A stretch of DNA of 64,000 nt. Origin: the human T2T-CHM13v2.0 reference genome, Homo sapiens. A program made the position numbers and the translations under genes. Position 1 is the stretch's first letter. The number at the start of each line of letters is the position of its first letter. This document shows positions 1 through 10,448 of this stretch, piece by piece. The stretch lies in NCBI RefSeq assembly GCF_009914755.1, contig NC_060926.1. One strand, 5' to 3'. The notes below the pieces were generated by a model, which did no database searches, was not told where the DNA came from, and worked only from the letters and a program-made list of their open reading frames with translations.

Positions 1-418
1 CCTCAGCAGGTTACTTTGTAGATATTAACAAACTGAATCTAAAATTTATACAGAGATGCAAAAGACCCAGAATAGCCAACTCAATATTGAAGGAGAACAA
101 AATTCGAAGACTGACACTCCCCAACTTCAACACTTACTATCAAAGCTACAGTAATTAAGACAATGTGATATTGATAAAAGGATAGACAAATAGAGGAGAG
201 AACTCACAAATAGACCCACATAAATATGTTTTACTAATCTTTGACAAAGGGGCAAGAGCAATACAATAGGGCAAAGATCATCTTAAATAAAATGGTGCTG
301 GAATGACAGACTATCCACAGGCAAAAAGATGAACTAAACACAGATCTTATACTGTTTATGATAATTGATTTAAAATGGATTGTAGAACTAAATAAAATGC
401 AAAACTATAAAATTCCTA

Positions 419-521
419 GAAGGATCGCTTGAGCCTAGGAGATTGCGGCTGCTGTGAGCCTTTATTGCAACATTGCACTCCAGCCTGGGCAACACAGCAA
501 GACACTCTAAAAAAAAAAAAA
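419..521 (+). mobile_element. 5'-truncated Alu monomer fragment (AluJ/FRAM-like) with A-tail
   Basis: ggatcgcttgagcctaggag...ttgcactccagcctgggcaacacagcaagacactct followed by an A run. Confidence 0.85.
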
Positions 522-824
522 CCTGAAAACAGAAAAACTAGAAAACAGAGGAGAAAATAATTTGGAGTATGGAAATAACTTTTTAGATATAGCACCAAAG
601 ACATAATCCATGAAAGAACTAATTGAGAAACTATACTTCGTTAAAATTAAAAACCTGCTCTGCAAAAGACAAGGTCAAGAGAATGAGAAGACAAGCCATA
701 AACTGGGAGAAAATATTTGCAAAAGAGGCATCTGATAAAGGACTGTTATCCAAAAATATATGAAAAAATTCTTAAAACTCAGCAATAAGAAAACAAACAA
801 CCCAACTAAAAATGGGCAAAAACC

Positions 825-1252
825 ATTAATGATAGACTGGATAAAGAAAATGTGGTACATATACACCATGGATTACTATGCAGCCATAAAAAGGAATGAG
901 ATCACGTCCTTTGCAGGGACATGGATGAAGCTGGAAGCCATCATCCTCAGCAAACTAACACAGGAACAGAAAACCAAACACCATATATTCTCACTCGTAA
1001 GTGGAGTTGAACAATGAGAACACATGGACACAGGGAGGGGAACAATACACACCAGGGCCAGTCAAGGGGTGGGGAAGAAGAGGACGGAGACCATTAGGAC
1101 AAATAGCTCCTGCATACTGGGCTTAAAACCTAGATGACAGGTTGATAGGTGCAGCAAACCACCATGGCACACATATACCTATGTAACAAACCTACACTTT
1201 CTGCACACGTATTCCGGAACTTAAAGCAAAAAAATTAATTAATTTAATTTTT
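825..1252 (+). mobile_element. 5'-truncated primate L1PA (mid-age) 3' end nested in the older L1
   Basis: ORF2 C-terminus (IDWIKKMWYIYTMDYYAAIKRNE...) plus L1PA 3'UTR. Flanked by an exact duplication taaaaatgggcaaaaacc at 807-824 and 1253-1270. Confidence 0.92.
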
Positions 1253-1982
1253 TAAAAATGGGCAAAAACCTTGAACAAACATCTCACCAAATAAGATATG
1301 CAGATGATAAGTAAGTATATGAAAAGATGTTAACATCATATGTCATTAGGGAAATGCAAATTAAAACAATGATATCCCACTACATGCCTATTAGAATGGC
1401 CAAAATCCAAAACCTTGACACAAAATGCTGATTAGGATGTGGAGCTGTTGTTCCACAATGAACTCTTATTCATTGCTGGTGGGAATACAAAATGATACAG
1501 TCACTTTGGAAGACAGTTTGGCAATTTCTTATAAAACTAAACATAGTCTTGTCATACAATCTAGTTGCACCTCTTGGTATTTACTCAAAGGAACTAAAAA
1601 CTACTGTCCGCACAAAAACCTGCACGTGGATGTTTCTAGTGCCTTTATCCATAACTGTCAAAAACTAGTGAGTGGATAAGTTGTGGTGTACACAGACAAC
1701 GGAAAACAATTCAGGCCATTGCAGCACAGAGAAAGTAAAAAGGCAAAATATATAAATTAATAATTCAAGAGACTAGACAATAACCTGAAATAAAGTTGAG
1801 CATAGGATAGATGTATATTTCAGTCCATCTCTCCTGTGAAATGTGGAAAACCAGATTTATGAGCTAAGTTCTGCCTCCAGGAGGATTTCCCTTCACCACT
1901 ACCTTTCAGAGCCATACTTGTGTTAGATTATAATGATTATTCCAGAATAAAATGCAGACCTATCCAAAGAAGAGAAGGACAG

Positions 1983-2045
1983 GATGAGGAGGAGGAGGAG
2001 GAGGAAGGAGGGGGAGGAGGGAGGAGGGAGGAGAAGAAAGGAGAA
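1983..2045. repeat. (GGA)n / GA-rich simple repeat
   Basis: gaggaggaggaggaggaggaaggagggggaggagg... Confidence 0.9.
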
Positions 2046-2423
2046 CAACAACAACTTGAAAAGAAGCAGGCAGTGAATTCCTGTCCATTGGGATCTGACA
2101 CTGTGTGATGCAGGAATCCATCACATTCATGCTATCGGAAGGGAAGCATGATTGTGATGGATTCCTTTTATTTCTTTTCTCTGTCCTTGGCACTTTCACT
2201 ACTGAAATTCTTCCTGCACTCTGAAGCACTCTATCTCTGACCTAGGCCTCAGTTCTACCCACACCTTCAAGGCCTTCAGTCTCAATAGCATTGGGTTTTG
2301 AGCTTCTGTGGCACGAGATGGGAAGAAGTTCCTCCCTGAGGCATGCGCAGTGTGTCTGGACAGCAGTCGTTGAGAGTTATGAGTCCTGAGTGACTGAAGC
2401 TCTCATGTCTTCTTTAATAAATG

Positions 2424-2432
2424 CTGTGTGTG

Positions 2433-2466
<34 letters not shown>

Positions 2467-2481
2467 GTGTGTGTGTGTGTG
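2424..2481. repeat. (TG)n microsatellite, interrupted
   Basis: Seen directly. Confidence 0.95.
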
Positions 2482-2608
2482 ACGTGTGAGGCCGGGAGCA
2501 GGAACCCCTCTCTTCGACCAGGTCTAAGGTCAGGACTGTAAAGGGCCTTGGTGAGTTCTCCCGCCAAGTGTGAGAGGGTGCTTCATTGTTGTAGAGATGG
2601 ACCAAATA

Positions 2609-3785
2609 CAGCAGTCCCTTCTTTTCCATGGTTTTGATTTCTATGATTTCAGTTACAGTCAACAACTGTCCAAAAATATTGAGATATTTTTAGAAGGAGA
2701 GAATAAGGGAGACCACATTCACATAACTTTTATTATAGCATATTGTTATAATTGTTCTATTTTAGTAGTAGTTGTTGTTAATTTCTTACCTCTCCTAACT
2801 TATGAGTTAAACTTTATCATAGGTATGTAGTACAGCAGGTCCTCAAATAATGTCATTTTATTCAACGTTGTTTCATTGTAAAGCTGATGAGAAAAAAAAT
2901 TGATTCAGTGCCGGGGCCACTGTCTGTGTGGAGTCACACATACTCTCCACGTCTGTGTAGGTTTTCTCTGGGTACTCTGGTTTTCTCCCATACCCCAAAG
3001 ATGTGCACCTTAGGTTCATTGGCATGTCTACATTGTCCCAGTGTGAGTGAGTGTGAGGGTGTGTGTGAGTGTGCCCTGCGATGGGATGTCGTCCTGGCCG
3101 GGGCTGGTTCCCACTTTACGTCCTGAGCTTCAGAAACAGGCTTCAGCCACCCATAAATAAGTGGGTTGGTAAAAGAATGAGTGAATGAATACAAACTATT
3201 GTAAAATTTTTTTAAAGTAGACAATAATCATACAAATGCATGACGATAAACTATGCAAAATGAAAGGACTCAGCAAGCCTGCAGTATTTATGACTGCTTC
3301 TGAACTGTGTGGTGGTATGGGGTATTCCTTAAAATTTTCTCTTTGTAAATATTTATTCCTTGATTTAACCCACCATGACTACAACGGCTGTCACTCACTG
3401 ACTCATCAAAAATTAGGTAAATCATTATTTTGTTTTTATTACTTTATTAAATGTACGTATAGCTCACATTTATTTCAATGTTTAATGTTAGAAGCATTTT
3501 GGTCTTTATTGAGAAGTTTGATGATGTTTTTGTAACCAGAAATCTGCCCTAGGAATTTAACCCTTGTTTATATCAATTAGCTGTATGGTAAAATTGGTTT
3601 TACTATATTGGTTTCATTATATTTTGCTAACGTCCCAGTTTCCATGAACCCACTGATGACATTAAATGAGGACTTACTGGATAGTAAAAAACATAGCACA
3701 CACAGGGTTAGGTACTATCCAAGGTTTCAGGCACCCATGGAGCTTGTTGGTATGTATTCTTCACAGATTCGTGGGGAGGCTATTG
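2609..3785 (+). mobile_element. MER44A (TcMar-Tigger MITE), split by a MER6 insertion
   Basis: Begins TA|cagcagtccc. Contains gagaccacattcacataacttttatt...aaactttatcataggtatgta, resumes after 3679 with aaaaaacatag...ggtactatccaaggtttcaggca, ends ggggaggctattg. Confidence 0.85.
2833..3679 (+). mobile_element. MER6 (TcMar-Tigger), near full length
   Basis: TIRs cagcaggtcctc ... gaggacttactg, with TA on the left. Internal ggggccactgtctgtgtggag...gtgccctgcgatgggatg characteristic of MER6. Confidence 0.88.
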
Positions 3786-4496
3786 TCCTGCCAGACATGG
3801 GGTGGGAGGAGGGGCATTGAGGGTATTGCGCTGTCACACTCTGCTGACTCGTTTTGAAGTATGGCTTCCCCACCCAAAGAACCAAGGCAGAAAAAAAACA
3901 AACAAACAAAAAAGAAAATCATCTCAAACAGCCATGTTCTGGTTATTTTTGTGGATCTCCCAGATGTTTTGCTTCCCTCCCCTAGTGGTCTGTCTTTGGG
4001 TATCTCTCCTCTCCCAGGCTCTCAATGAAATGTCAAAGCCATGTTGAGGAACTCCAGTGAAGGTTGGGATTATCTGTGGTTCCCATTAGCTACACATCAG
4101 TAACTCCTGTCACTACGAATAAGAAAAAGTCAGCTGCACCTGAACGATTAATGAGTTGACTCTTTAGGAAAGAAAATGAATGTTGTCAAGATTAAATGGG
4201 AAAAAAATCAATAGATGTGTAAATCCTGTTTTAACCAGGCTGTCTTCCTCTGAAGCACTAAGGCCTCAGAGGAACTGGCTGGACTTACATTCACCGTTCC
4301 TGTCTCCTGTCTGCCTGTCCTCCGGAGCCATTCTCCAAGGAGCCAAATTAGGCCAGGGTATAGGACTCCCTGTCACAGCCACAGAAACTATGACCCTGAT
4401 TCTAATGTTCCAATGTGACCTTCTAGGAAGGCCCCTGCTGAGACCAGGGTAAAGACCTGTGTTGGGTGGTTGGGTGTCGGGTTCTGCAACCACCTG

Positions 4497-4583
4497 TTTC
4501 TCTCTCTCTCTCTCTCCTCTCCCTCCCTCCCTCTCTCTTCTCCTTTCTCTCTCTCTTCCTCTCTCTCTATCTCTGTCTCTCCT
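4497..4583. repeat. (CT)n / CT-rich polypyrimidine tract
   Basis: Seen directly. Confidence 0.9.
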
Positions 4584-4712
4584 TTCAAGATGATGAGTTA
4601 TAGAATGTGTCCAGGCTGAGAGATAAATCAAGCAGAGAAGAGACAACCAATAGCATTGTCAAATCAATTTTATTACCTGTCTTCTGTCAGCCTGCAGAGA
4701 AACCCAGAAGGC

Positions 4713-5081
4713 TGTATTAGTCTGTTCTCACACTACTAGAAAGTACTGCCCATGACTTGATAATTTATAAAGAAAAGAGGTTTAATTGACTCACAGTTCC
4801 ACATGGCTGGGAAGGCCTCAGGAAACTTACAATCTTGGTGGAAGTGGAAGCAGATACATTTTACATGATGGCAGGTGAGAAAACACGTGTGAAGGAGGAA
4901 CCACCAAACACTTAGAAAACCATCAGATCTCACAAGAACTCACTCACTATCACAAGAACAGCATGGAGAAAACTGCCCCGATTATCCAATAACCTCCCAC
5001 TAGTTTCCTCCCTCAACATATGGGGATTATAAGGATTACAATGATGAGATTTGGGTGGGGACCCCAAGCCAAACCATATCA
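4713..5081 (-). mobile_element. THE1D/MSTA-type MaLR solo LTR
   Basis: TG...CA ends (tgtattagtctgttctca ... ccaaaccatatca). 5-bp TSD aaggc at 4708-4712 and 5082-5086. Confidence 0.9.
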
Positions 5082-5162
5082 AAGGCAAAACCCCAAGTGT
5101 TTATTTGCTTCCAATTCTTCAGAGCAGTCATCTTCATGGGTCACAAGCTTGTCTGTCTAATG

Positions 5163-5293
5163 CAGTGATTCTCAAAGGAGGGCATTTGGCAATGCTAGAG
5201 AAGTTTTTGGTGTGACAACTGTGCTGAAGTGCTACTGGCCAGTAGAAGCCAGGGACATTGCTTAACATCTCGTAGGACAGCCCACCCTTTTGC

Positions 5294-5333
<40 letters not shown>

Positions 5334-5394
5334 TAATAATATTGGTATTATTATCTGGCCCAAAACATCAATACTGCCAGGGTTACAAATCCTG
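5163..5394. mobile_element. MER20 (hAT-Charlie) containing an (AAT)n microsatellite at ~5294-5343
   Basis: cagtgattctcaaa...ggcatttggcaatg...gtgctactggc...gtagaagccaggga...ttatctggcccaaaacatcaata. Confidence 0.75.
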
Positions 5395-5440
5395 CTCTAA
5401 TGTTTCTGTGGATCCAAAGTCCACCCATGGATTTAGCCTA

Positions 5441-6699
5441 TGTATCAGTTTCCTGGACTGCCATAATAAATTGGGCAACAGAAATTTATTCTCTCACAGC
5501 TCTAGAGGGCTAGAAGTCCAAAATCAAATTGTCACCAGGGCCATGCTCTCTTCAAAGGCTCTGACGGGGATCCTTTCTTTCCTCTTACAGCTTCTGAGGG
5601 CCTCAGGCGTTTCTTGACTCGTGGCAGCAAAACTGCAATCTCTGCCTCCGTCTTCACATGGCCTTCCTCCCTGTGAACCTCTCTGTCTTCTCCTCTTCTT
5701 ATAAGAACCCTAGTCAGGCCTGGACCAGCCCATTCCCCCTTCCCGCTGGCTCCATGAGGCCAACTGTGAGCAGCCGAACAGACAGGCGGGTGCACACAAG
5801 AACTGACAGGTGCACACAGGGAGGGCAGCGGGCATGCAGGGCCCGGACTGGCACTCAAGGCCCTCCCTGGAGGGCTAGGGCAGGGCTCAGGTACTGGGAA
5901 GAATGGAGGGAGGTCCTACTAACTAATTTTCCTGAGAGTGGTCAGAGAGTTCAACAGAATTTTGATTTGGCTGCTACCTTGAAATCCAAGCCCTAAAAAT
6001 GCCAGCTTGTTTGGACTTAGAAGATGACCTGGATACATGATAAAAATTTAGAAAGAGATTCTGGTTTTCTTATTGGCCCCTTGGCGTACGCTTCTGGAAT
6101 AATATTCACCAGGGTTTTGGATGACCTTCCAAACTTAGACGACATCTATATTTCCTTGTGTTCATCAACAGTGGAAGACTCAGAGATGGATTTTGACTCT
6201 GGACTAGAAGATGATGACACAAAAAGTGATAGTATTTTGGAGGGTTCCACAATGTTTATGGCCTTCAAAGGAAATACAGAGGATAAATGTGCCCAATTTG
6301 TTACACATGGGTAATTTGCTTTAATTATTTTTTCCCTCTTGTTACTGTTTTTGAAATGTTTGACCTTCCTGGTTATCTTGAGTTTTACAAAGTAAGTTTG
6401 CTAAATTGGGGTTAAAAGGCTGATTTTAAGGGCAAAGGTGGAATTTTCAGATTTTTTAAAAATAGAAATGTTGTGTTTCTTTTATGTACATAGAAGAACT
6501 GAACATAATAAAGTATTGCTTATCATGGAAAAAAAAAAGAACCTTAGTCATCGGATTTAGGACAACCCTAAAACCAGGATGATTTCTTCTCAAGATCCTT
6601 CACCAATTACATCTGTAAAAACCATATTTCCAAGTAAGGTCACATTCTGAAGTTCCAGGTTGATACAAATTTTAGGAGGACACTATTTAACCCACCACA
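5441..6699 (-). mobile_element. MLT1 (MLT1C-E type) MaLR solo LTR, interrupted by the NCOA6 retrocopy
   Basis: tgtatcagtttcct...aatctctgcctccgtcttcacatggcc...tcttataagaaccctagtca | resumes 6551 tcggatttagg...aaggtcacattctga...cccaccaca. Near-TSD gccta/cccta. Confidence 0.85.
5717..6538 (+). pseudogene. NCOA6 (retrocopy): Processed pseudogene of NCOA6 (5'UTR + first coding segment + probable intron read-through + poly(A))
   Basis: From 6111 it translates as (R)VLDDLPNLDDIYISLCSSTVEDSEMDFDSGLEDDDTKSDSILEGSTMFMAFKGN, which I recognise as the NCOA6 N-terminus (MVLDDLPNLEDIYTSLCSSTMEDSEMDFDSGLEDDDTKSDSILEDSTIFVAFKGN, from memory). Start codon is AGG. After a deletion, NVPNLLHM follows in a shifted frame. 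AATAAA 6507-6512, A10 at 6529-6538, TSD aagaaccctagtca (5703-5716) / aagaaccttagtca (6537-6550). Confidence 0.92.
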
Positions 6700-7007
6700 C
6701 CCTAGAGAAAAATTACCTTTTAGCCAGAAGTAACAGCAGGGCAGTCGATGTTAAAAAACAAAACAAAACAAAAAATCCACTGCCTACCTTTAACTCCTAA
6801 ATACCCAGGTTGCAGCTACAGAGAAGTGAAAATAAAGAAGGTGAATCTGGCATTTCCCAGCCTTCTACCACCAATTTTAGACGCCAAAAAGGCAGGTTCA
6901 TTCCCTTCCCGCACGAAACCATTTTTCCTTTTTCCTTTCTTTCCACAATATAGGACAGAAAAATGAAGCCCAGAGGAACACCAGGGCCTGTGTGGAGTCT
7001 GTGGTAT

Positions 7008-7527
7008 TGATGGCAGTTTTAAAGCATGGCCACAGCTTCTTTGGCACTCCTATTGAAAGGCAAAGCCCATGTCCCCTGTCCTTGTATCTGGGTGAGCCTG
7101 TGTCTACCTCAACCAACAGAGTAGGGTGAAAATGATGCAAAAACTTTCAAGACTGGGTTGTAGATGGCTGTAAGAGTCCCACATGGTTCACTGGAACACT
7201 GGGTAAGGAGTCCAACCATCCTGAGGCCACTACGGTGGAGAGACCACACGTAGAGAGAGAAAGAGAAAGAGAAATGACTCATGAGCCCCCTGCCCCCAAC
7301 TCAAATAATGCCAACCCTGGTGGTAGAACTCTGAGTGAAGAAACTTCCAGAAGATTCCACCTCCCAGCCTTCAGTCTTCCAGTTGATGCCCCAAATACCA
7401 CAGAGCAGAGACAAGCCATTCCTACTGTCACCTGTCCAAATTCCTGAGCCATTGGCTTTATTAAATGATTGCTGTTTTAAAACATGAAGTTTGAGGGGGT
7501 TTGTTACACAACAATAGACAATTGAAA
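7008..7527 (+). mobile_element. MLT1 (G/H-type) solo LTR
   Basis: catggccacagcttctttggcactcct...ggagagaccacacgtagag...gcagagacaagccattcc...ttgctgttttaa...gtttgttacacaacaatagacaa. Confidence 0.75.
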
Positions 7528-7571
7528 GTCTCCAACTCCATTTTCACCCAGGGAGGGCCTTTGTCAGATAT

Positions 7572-8003
7572 TGATATGGTTTGGCTTTGTGTCCCCACCC
7601 AAGTCTCATCTTGAATTGTAATCCCCATAATCCCCACATGTCAAGGGAGAGACCAGGTGGAGGTAATTGAATCATTAGGTCACCCTGCAGATCCTCTTCT
7701 TTTTGTATCATCCATGTGTTCTGCAAGTCTATGGCTACAAGTCCATGCTGTTCTCATGATAGTGAGTGAGTTCTCACGAGACCTGATGGTTTTATAAGGG
7801 GCTCTTCCCCCTTCACTCAGCACTTCTCCTTCCTGCCGCCTTGTGGAGAAGGTGCCTTGCTTCCCCTTCACCTGCCACCATGATTGTAAATTCCCGGAGC
7901 CCTCCCCAACTATGCTGAACTATGAGTCAATTAAGCCTCTTTCCTTTATAAATTACCCAGTCTTGGGCAATTCTTTATAGCAGTGTGAAAACAGACAAAT
8001 ACA
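7572..8003 (+). mobile_element. THE1D solo LTR with a 67-bp foreign insert at 7676-7742
   Basis: tgatatggtttggctttgtgtccccaccca ... cagtgtgaaaacagacaaataca. TSD gatat at 7567-7571 and 8004-8008. Confidence 0.9.
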
Positions 8004-8104
8004 GATATCAAGTTCCTCATATTTTTTGTGGCTATCCTCCTTCCCTGTCTCTGGGCCGCTGTATTAGCAAACAGCTCCACAGGAGGAAAAAGAATGAGGT
8101 CATT

Positions 8105-8335
8105 GCAGCACTTATTTACGCCCTCCATGTCGTGAGCACTGTGCTGAATGCTTGACATGCATTCTCCCGTGTATATTCACAACTGCCCAAAAAAGTGGGT
8201 ATTATTCTCCCTGATTTGGAAACAAGGAAACCTTGGTTCACAAAGTTAAGTAGTGCAGGTAGTGGAGTTCCATCGGACTCTGGGGACCTTGCTCCAAGCC
8301 TTTATGCTGTCTTGCCTTTGAGCACAGCTTGTCTA
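8105..8335 (-). mobile_element. MIR fragment
   Basis: gcactgtgctgaatgcttgacatgcatt...ggtattattctccc...aaggaaac...aaagttaagt resembles the reverse complement of the MIR core. Confidence 0.6.
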
Positions 8336-8413
8336 GATAGTCACCTAAATAATCTTCATACAAAGACCATACAAATTTTCTAGAAGTTTGTGTTCTTGAG
8401 AAAACTAAATTAA

Positions 8414-9132
8414 TGTAACCACCCAACAGGTTCACCTTGCCAATTTATCACAACAGGGGAATTGCAATAGAGAAAGAGTAATTCACACAGAGCCAGCAGG
8501 GTGTGAGACTGGAGTTTTATTATTACTCAAATCAGTCTCCCCAAGCATTCATAGATCAGAGTTTTTATGGATAATTTGGTGGGTGGGACACCAATGAGTC
8601 AGGAGCACTGATTGGTCAGGTCAGAGATGAAATCATAGGGAGTCGAATTGTCCTCTTGTGCCTGGGTCAAGGCCTCAAGAGTCAGTTCCTGGGTCATGGC
8701 CACAAGAGCAGATGAGCCAGTTTATCTATCTGGGTGGTGCCAGCTGACCCATCAAATGCAGGGGTCTGCAAAATATCTCAAGCACTGATGCTGGGCTTTA
8801 CAATAGTGATGTTAATCCCAAGAGCAATTTGGGAAGGGTCAGAATCTTGTAGCCTCTAGCTGCATGACTCCTAAATCATAATTTCTAATCTTTTGGCTAA
8901 TTTGTTAGTCCTACAAAGGCAGTCTAGTACCCAAGCAAGAAGCGGGTTTGTTTTAGGAAAGGGCTGTTATGATCTTTGTTTTAAACTATATGTAAACTAA
9001 ATTTGTCTCAAAGTTAGTTCAGCCTATGCCTAGGAATGAACAAGGACAACTTGGAGGTTGAAAGCAAGATAGAGTTGGTTAGGTCAGATCTCTTACACCT
9101 GTCTCGGTTATAATTTTGCAAAGGCAGTTTCG
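8414..9132 (-). mobile_element. LTR8 (ERV1) solo LTR
   Basis: Reverse complement begins (c)gaaactgcctttgcaaaattataac..., the LTR8 5' end. The other end is tgtaaccacccaacaggttcaccttgcc. 4-bp near-TSD ttaa/ttag. Confidence 0.85.
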
Positions 9133-9579
9133 TTAGGACACTATTGAAAGGGGCACAGCATCACAGGAAGGATTAATTGTATCAAAGCATCCCTGGCCAT
9201 GCTTTGCCAAGATGGCACAAACAATGTTCATTTGGTTCCTTTACGTGGATGTTTCCCTTAAAGCTTATGACAAATATCCTTCTTGACAGTCAGAGATCTT
9301 GCAAGGGACAGGGTCCTGATTTCCAAGTCTATCCTTTGTGGGAAAGCAGGTTGACAATGGACAAACCATAGGGTTTCTAGGCAGAAAATAAATGCTGTGC
9401 TCACTGGCTGCTACAACACTCCTCCGCCCCTCCAAGGGTCCTATGCTTCCTGGGGCTTTTTCTTCATATACCCTGACATCAGTTTGTCCAGAAAAAAAAA
9501 TAAAGTAGCTTGCTTACCATGCCAATTGTAAAATAGAAAATTGAAGAAACAACTGTATATTTCTTTTAAACAACCCTTT

Positions 9580-10350
9580 AGACTTGTGGTTTCTGGTTCA
9601 GCAGGTAAGGAGCTTGGAAGTTGCCACTCCATCCTAACAAGTAAAAAGCCGAAAAAACTGAAACTCAACAGCTCTTCTTAGATCCAGCATGGAAGTGCGG
9701 TCTTAGAGCAAATTGCTGCCCCAAAAACTGCAGAAACAGACAGGAGGATACAGAGAACCACAACTTACTGGAGCAGAAACCTATGAGCAGAGACCCCCAT
9801 GGGAACCAGAGCTGGGCTAGGAGACCCTAAACTGTAATTGCTCAATTTCTGGAACCTCAATGTGGATAAGTCTGAGGATTAAAAACCCTAGGGGACCTCA
9901 ACACTTTTGTGGGTTCTACCTCTAGGAGCCCAAACAGGTTCTGACAGCAGATAAGAGAAATATCCCCTTGTAGCTTTTACACACACACACACACACACAC
10001 AAGAACTATTTTGAAATATATCAAAGTATTCTAAACAGGGCCTGACCTCAGGAGAAACTATTTTACTAGACCCTAACCTGCGGGAGTTTTATCAGAGCCA
10101 AACCTTCCTGGGGAAAGGGAAATACCCAAGTCCAGGCCCCTCTAGACTTCCTGTCCCACCTAAGGCTCTGCCCCTGGCAGAGACACACTTGTGGAGGTCA
10201 TAGACCAGGGGTACAGACTCACTAGAACACTGAGGCTAATCATAGGACTATAGAACATTCCTCTCCCCAATATCCTGCCACTACATTACTAAATACCTGT
10301 TTTCTTCATGTTCTTTTACCCAATGCATCATGTCTGGCTTAACAAAAAAA
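9580..10350 (+). mobile_element. Ancient L1M 5'-end fragment with internal (CA)n at ~9979-10001
   Basis: ggagcttggaagttgccactccatcctaacaagtaaaaagc...cagctcttcttagatcc...acttactggagcagaaacc...catcatgtctggct resembles L1M 5'UTR consensus. Confidence 0.6.
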
Positions 10351-10356
10351 TCACAG

Positions 10357-10448
10357 CGAGCTCAGGCCTTAATGCTCCCTAGCCCACTGCTCAGCTGCTG
10401 TGTGGCCCGGTTCCTAACAGGCCTCAGCCCAAGGCTTGGGGACCCCTG
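10357..10448. mobile_element. MER1B-like (hAT-Charlie) fragment
   Basis: gagctcaggc...gctgctgtgtggcccggttcctaacaggcc...ttggggacccctg (TIR end). Confidence 0.7.

Larger units (their letters stand above)
1..1720 (+). mobile_element. Old L1 (L1MC-like) ORF2 3' portion and start of 3'UTR, interrupted by an Alu fragment and a younger L1PA 3' end
   Basis: Typical decayed L1 ORF2 phrases (aaagctacagtaattaagacaatgtg; atctttgacaaaggggc; aaatggtgctggaa; cattagggaaatgcaaattaaaac; ctttggaagacagtttggca). A-rich sense strand, many stops. Confidence 0.85.

Noticed and set aside
1920-2108. Poly-Glu/Gly ORF resembling an acidic protein
   Set aside because: It is a translation of a (GGA)n simple repeat.
4713-8003. 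Two THE1-type LTRs flanking the NCOA6 retrocopy as a possible provirus or composite element
   Set aside because: They are in opposite orientations, each has its own TSD (aaggc, gatat), and both point away from the retrocopy. They are independent solo LTRs.
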